Assembly (NCBI GenBank): GCA_963698035.1
Contig: OY969114.1
Coordinates: 360,001-392,000, forward strand
Origin: Candidatus Saccharimonadota bacterium
GTDB lineage: Archaea > Micrarchaeota > Micrarchaeia > Micrarchaeales > Micrarchaeaceae
Length of the DNA: 32,000 nucleotides
Direction: 5' to 3'
Part shown: piece after piece, positions 31,498 to 32,000 of the stretch
Layout: each line of letters opens with the position of its first letter
Position numbering within the stretch: the stretch's first letter is position 1
Program-made: the position numbers and the translations under genes
Notes under the pieces: model-generated
Told to the model about the DNA's origin: nothing
Seen by the model: only the letters and a program-made list of their open reading frames with translations
Databases searched by the model: none

Positions 31498-32000
31498 ATG
31501 GCAAAGAAGTCAAAGGGGAGGCATAATGCCTCTAAAGCTAAAATTTCTAAAAGGTTGAACGCCTCAAGGAGGCCTCTCTCAAAGAGAATAAAGGTGAGGG
31601 TAGCTGCAAGGAACAGGCCCTCCGCCGCAACGAAGGTCACGGTAGAGGCACCGAAACGTTCAAAAAAGGATACCGCCCCTTCCGTATCGACGCCTGAAGA
31701 GATAAAGGAGGCGCTCGCTGGCTTGCTGAACAATGAGGGCACGCTTATGTTCCTCAAGAAGAACGTGAGCAAGTGGGCCCCAGATGTCCTCAACATGCTT
31801 ACTTCGCCGAAGACCGACGAGTACCTTGCCGAGCAGCTCGGCATGAAAATAAACGCGATTAGAAGGATACTCAATCTGATGCAGGGCTACGGAATAACGA
31901 ATTATTATGTTTCAAAGAACACAAACGGGTGGCTCTCGTTCGCTTGGTACATAAACGCGGGCAAGATACAGCCGTTCTTCGAGTACATAAACAGCGTATC
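31498..32000 (+). CDS. tfe: Transcription factor E (TFE/TFIIE-alpha homolog), 5' portion, with a basic N-terminal extension; continues beyond the window
   Basis: Absent from the track because it runs off the window. The translation contains ...DVLNMLTSPKTDEYLAEQLGMKINAIRRILNLMQGYGITNYYVSKNTNGWLSFAWYINAGK..., a TFE winged-helix pattern. An in-frame ATG at 31462 is an alternative start. The track ORF 31458..31874(-) is its antisense shadow. Confidence 0.75.
   Translation, partial: MAKKSKGRHNASKAKISKRLNASRRPLSKRIKVRVAARNRPSAATKVTVEAPKRSKKDTAPSVSTPEEIKEALAGLLNNEGTLMFLKKNVSKWAPDVLNMLTSPKTDEYLAEQLGMKINAIRRILNLMQGYGITNYYVSKNTNGWLSFAWYINAGKIQPFFEYINSV

Noticed and set aside
31458-31874. 138-aa - strand ORF near the right edge
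   Set aside because: It is antisense to the TFE reading frame, which shows a clear winged-helix pattern and continues out of the window.

Overview
The window reads as a compact chromosomal segment from a small-genome archaeon. Supporting content: archaeal-type ProRS, PCNA, PriL, TFE, AglB/STT3, eL15, KEOPS Pcc1, RNase P Rpp21, geranylgeranyl reductase, GGTGA-type Shine-Dalgarno sites and A/T-rich TATA-like boxes. A DPANN/Micrarchaeota-like or Thermoplasmata-like origin is my inference only; no database was searched. Main blocks, left to right: partial GGR; tRNA-Leu; PAC2/PbaB proteasome chaperone; a 74-aa repeat protein; a P5C-dehydrogenase-like ALDH with DUF192; a suf cluster in the order sufB-sufD-HTH-sufC-sufS-sufU; a second DUF192; tRNA-Gln; thrC-HAD-orphan-proS; a repeat-dense non-coding island; AKR-Rieske-dodecin; a polyprenol-kinase-family membrane protein; a DJ-1-like protein; PCNA; a small CWC protein; tRNA-Pro; PriL with an overlapping zinc microprotein; a free-standing LAGLIDADG endonuclease; Rpp21; tRNA-Ile; a very long AglB; the uL3-uL4-uL23-uL2-uS19-uL22-uS3 cluster; Pcc1; eL15; partial TFE. 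I see no CRISPR array, no transposase or integrase, and no recognisable defence island. The most unusual signals are: (1) PriL missing its Fe-S cysteines, coupled to an 8-ligand zinc microprotein, next to a homing endonuclease that has a long and possibly structured leader; (2) a 350-bp repeat island with an ORB-like element; (3) two intron-bearing tRNAs, one with a D-loop insertion and one with a UAU anticodon; (4) a Cys-tailed HTH regulator inside the suf cluster, with a matching promoter palindrome. All functional calls rest on motif recognition by eye and are unverified.
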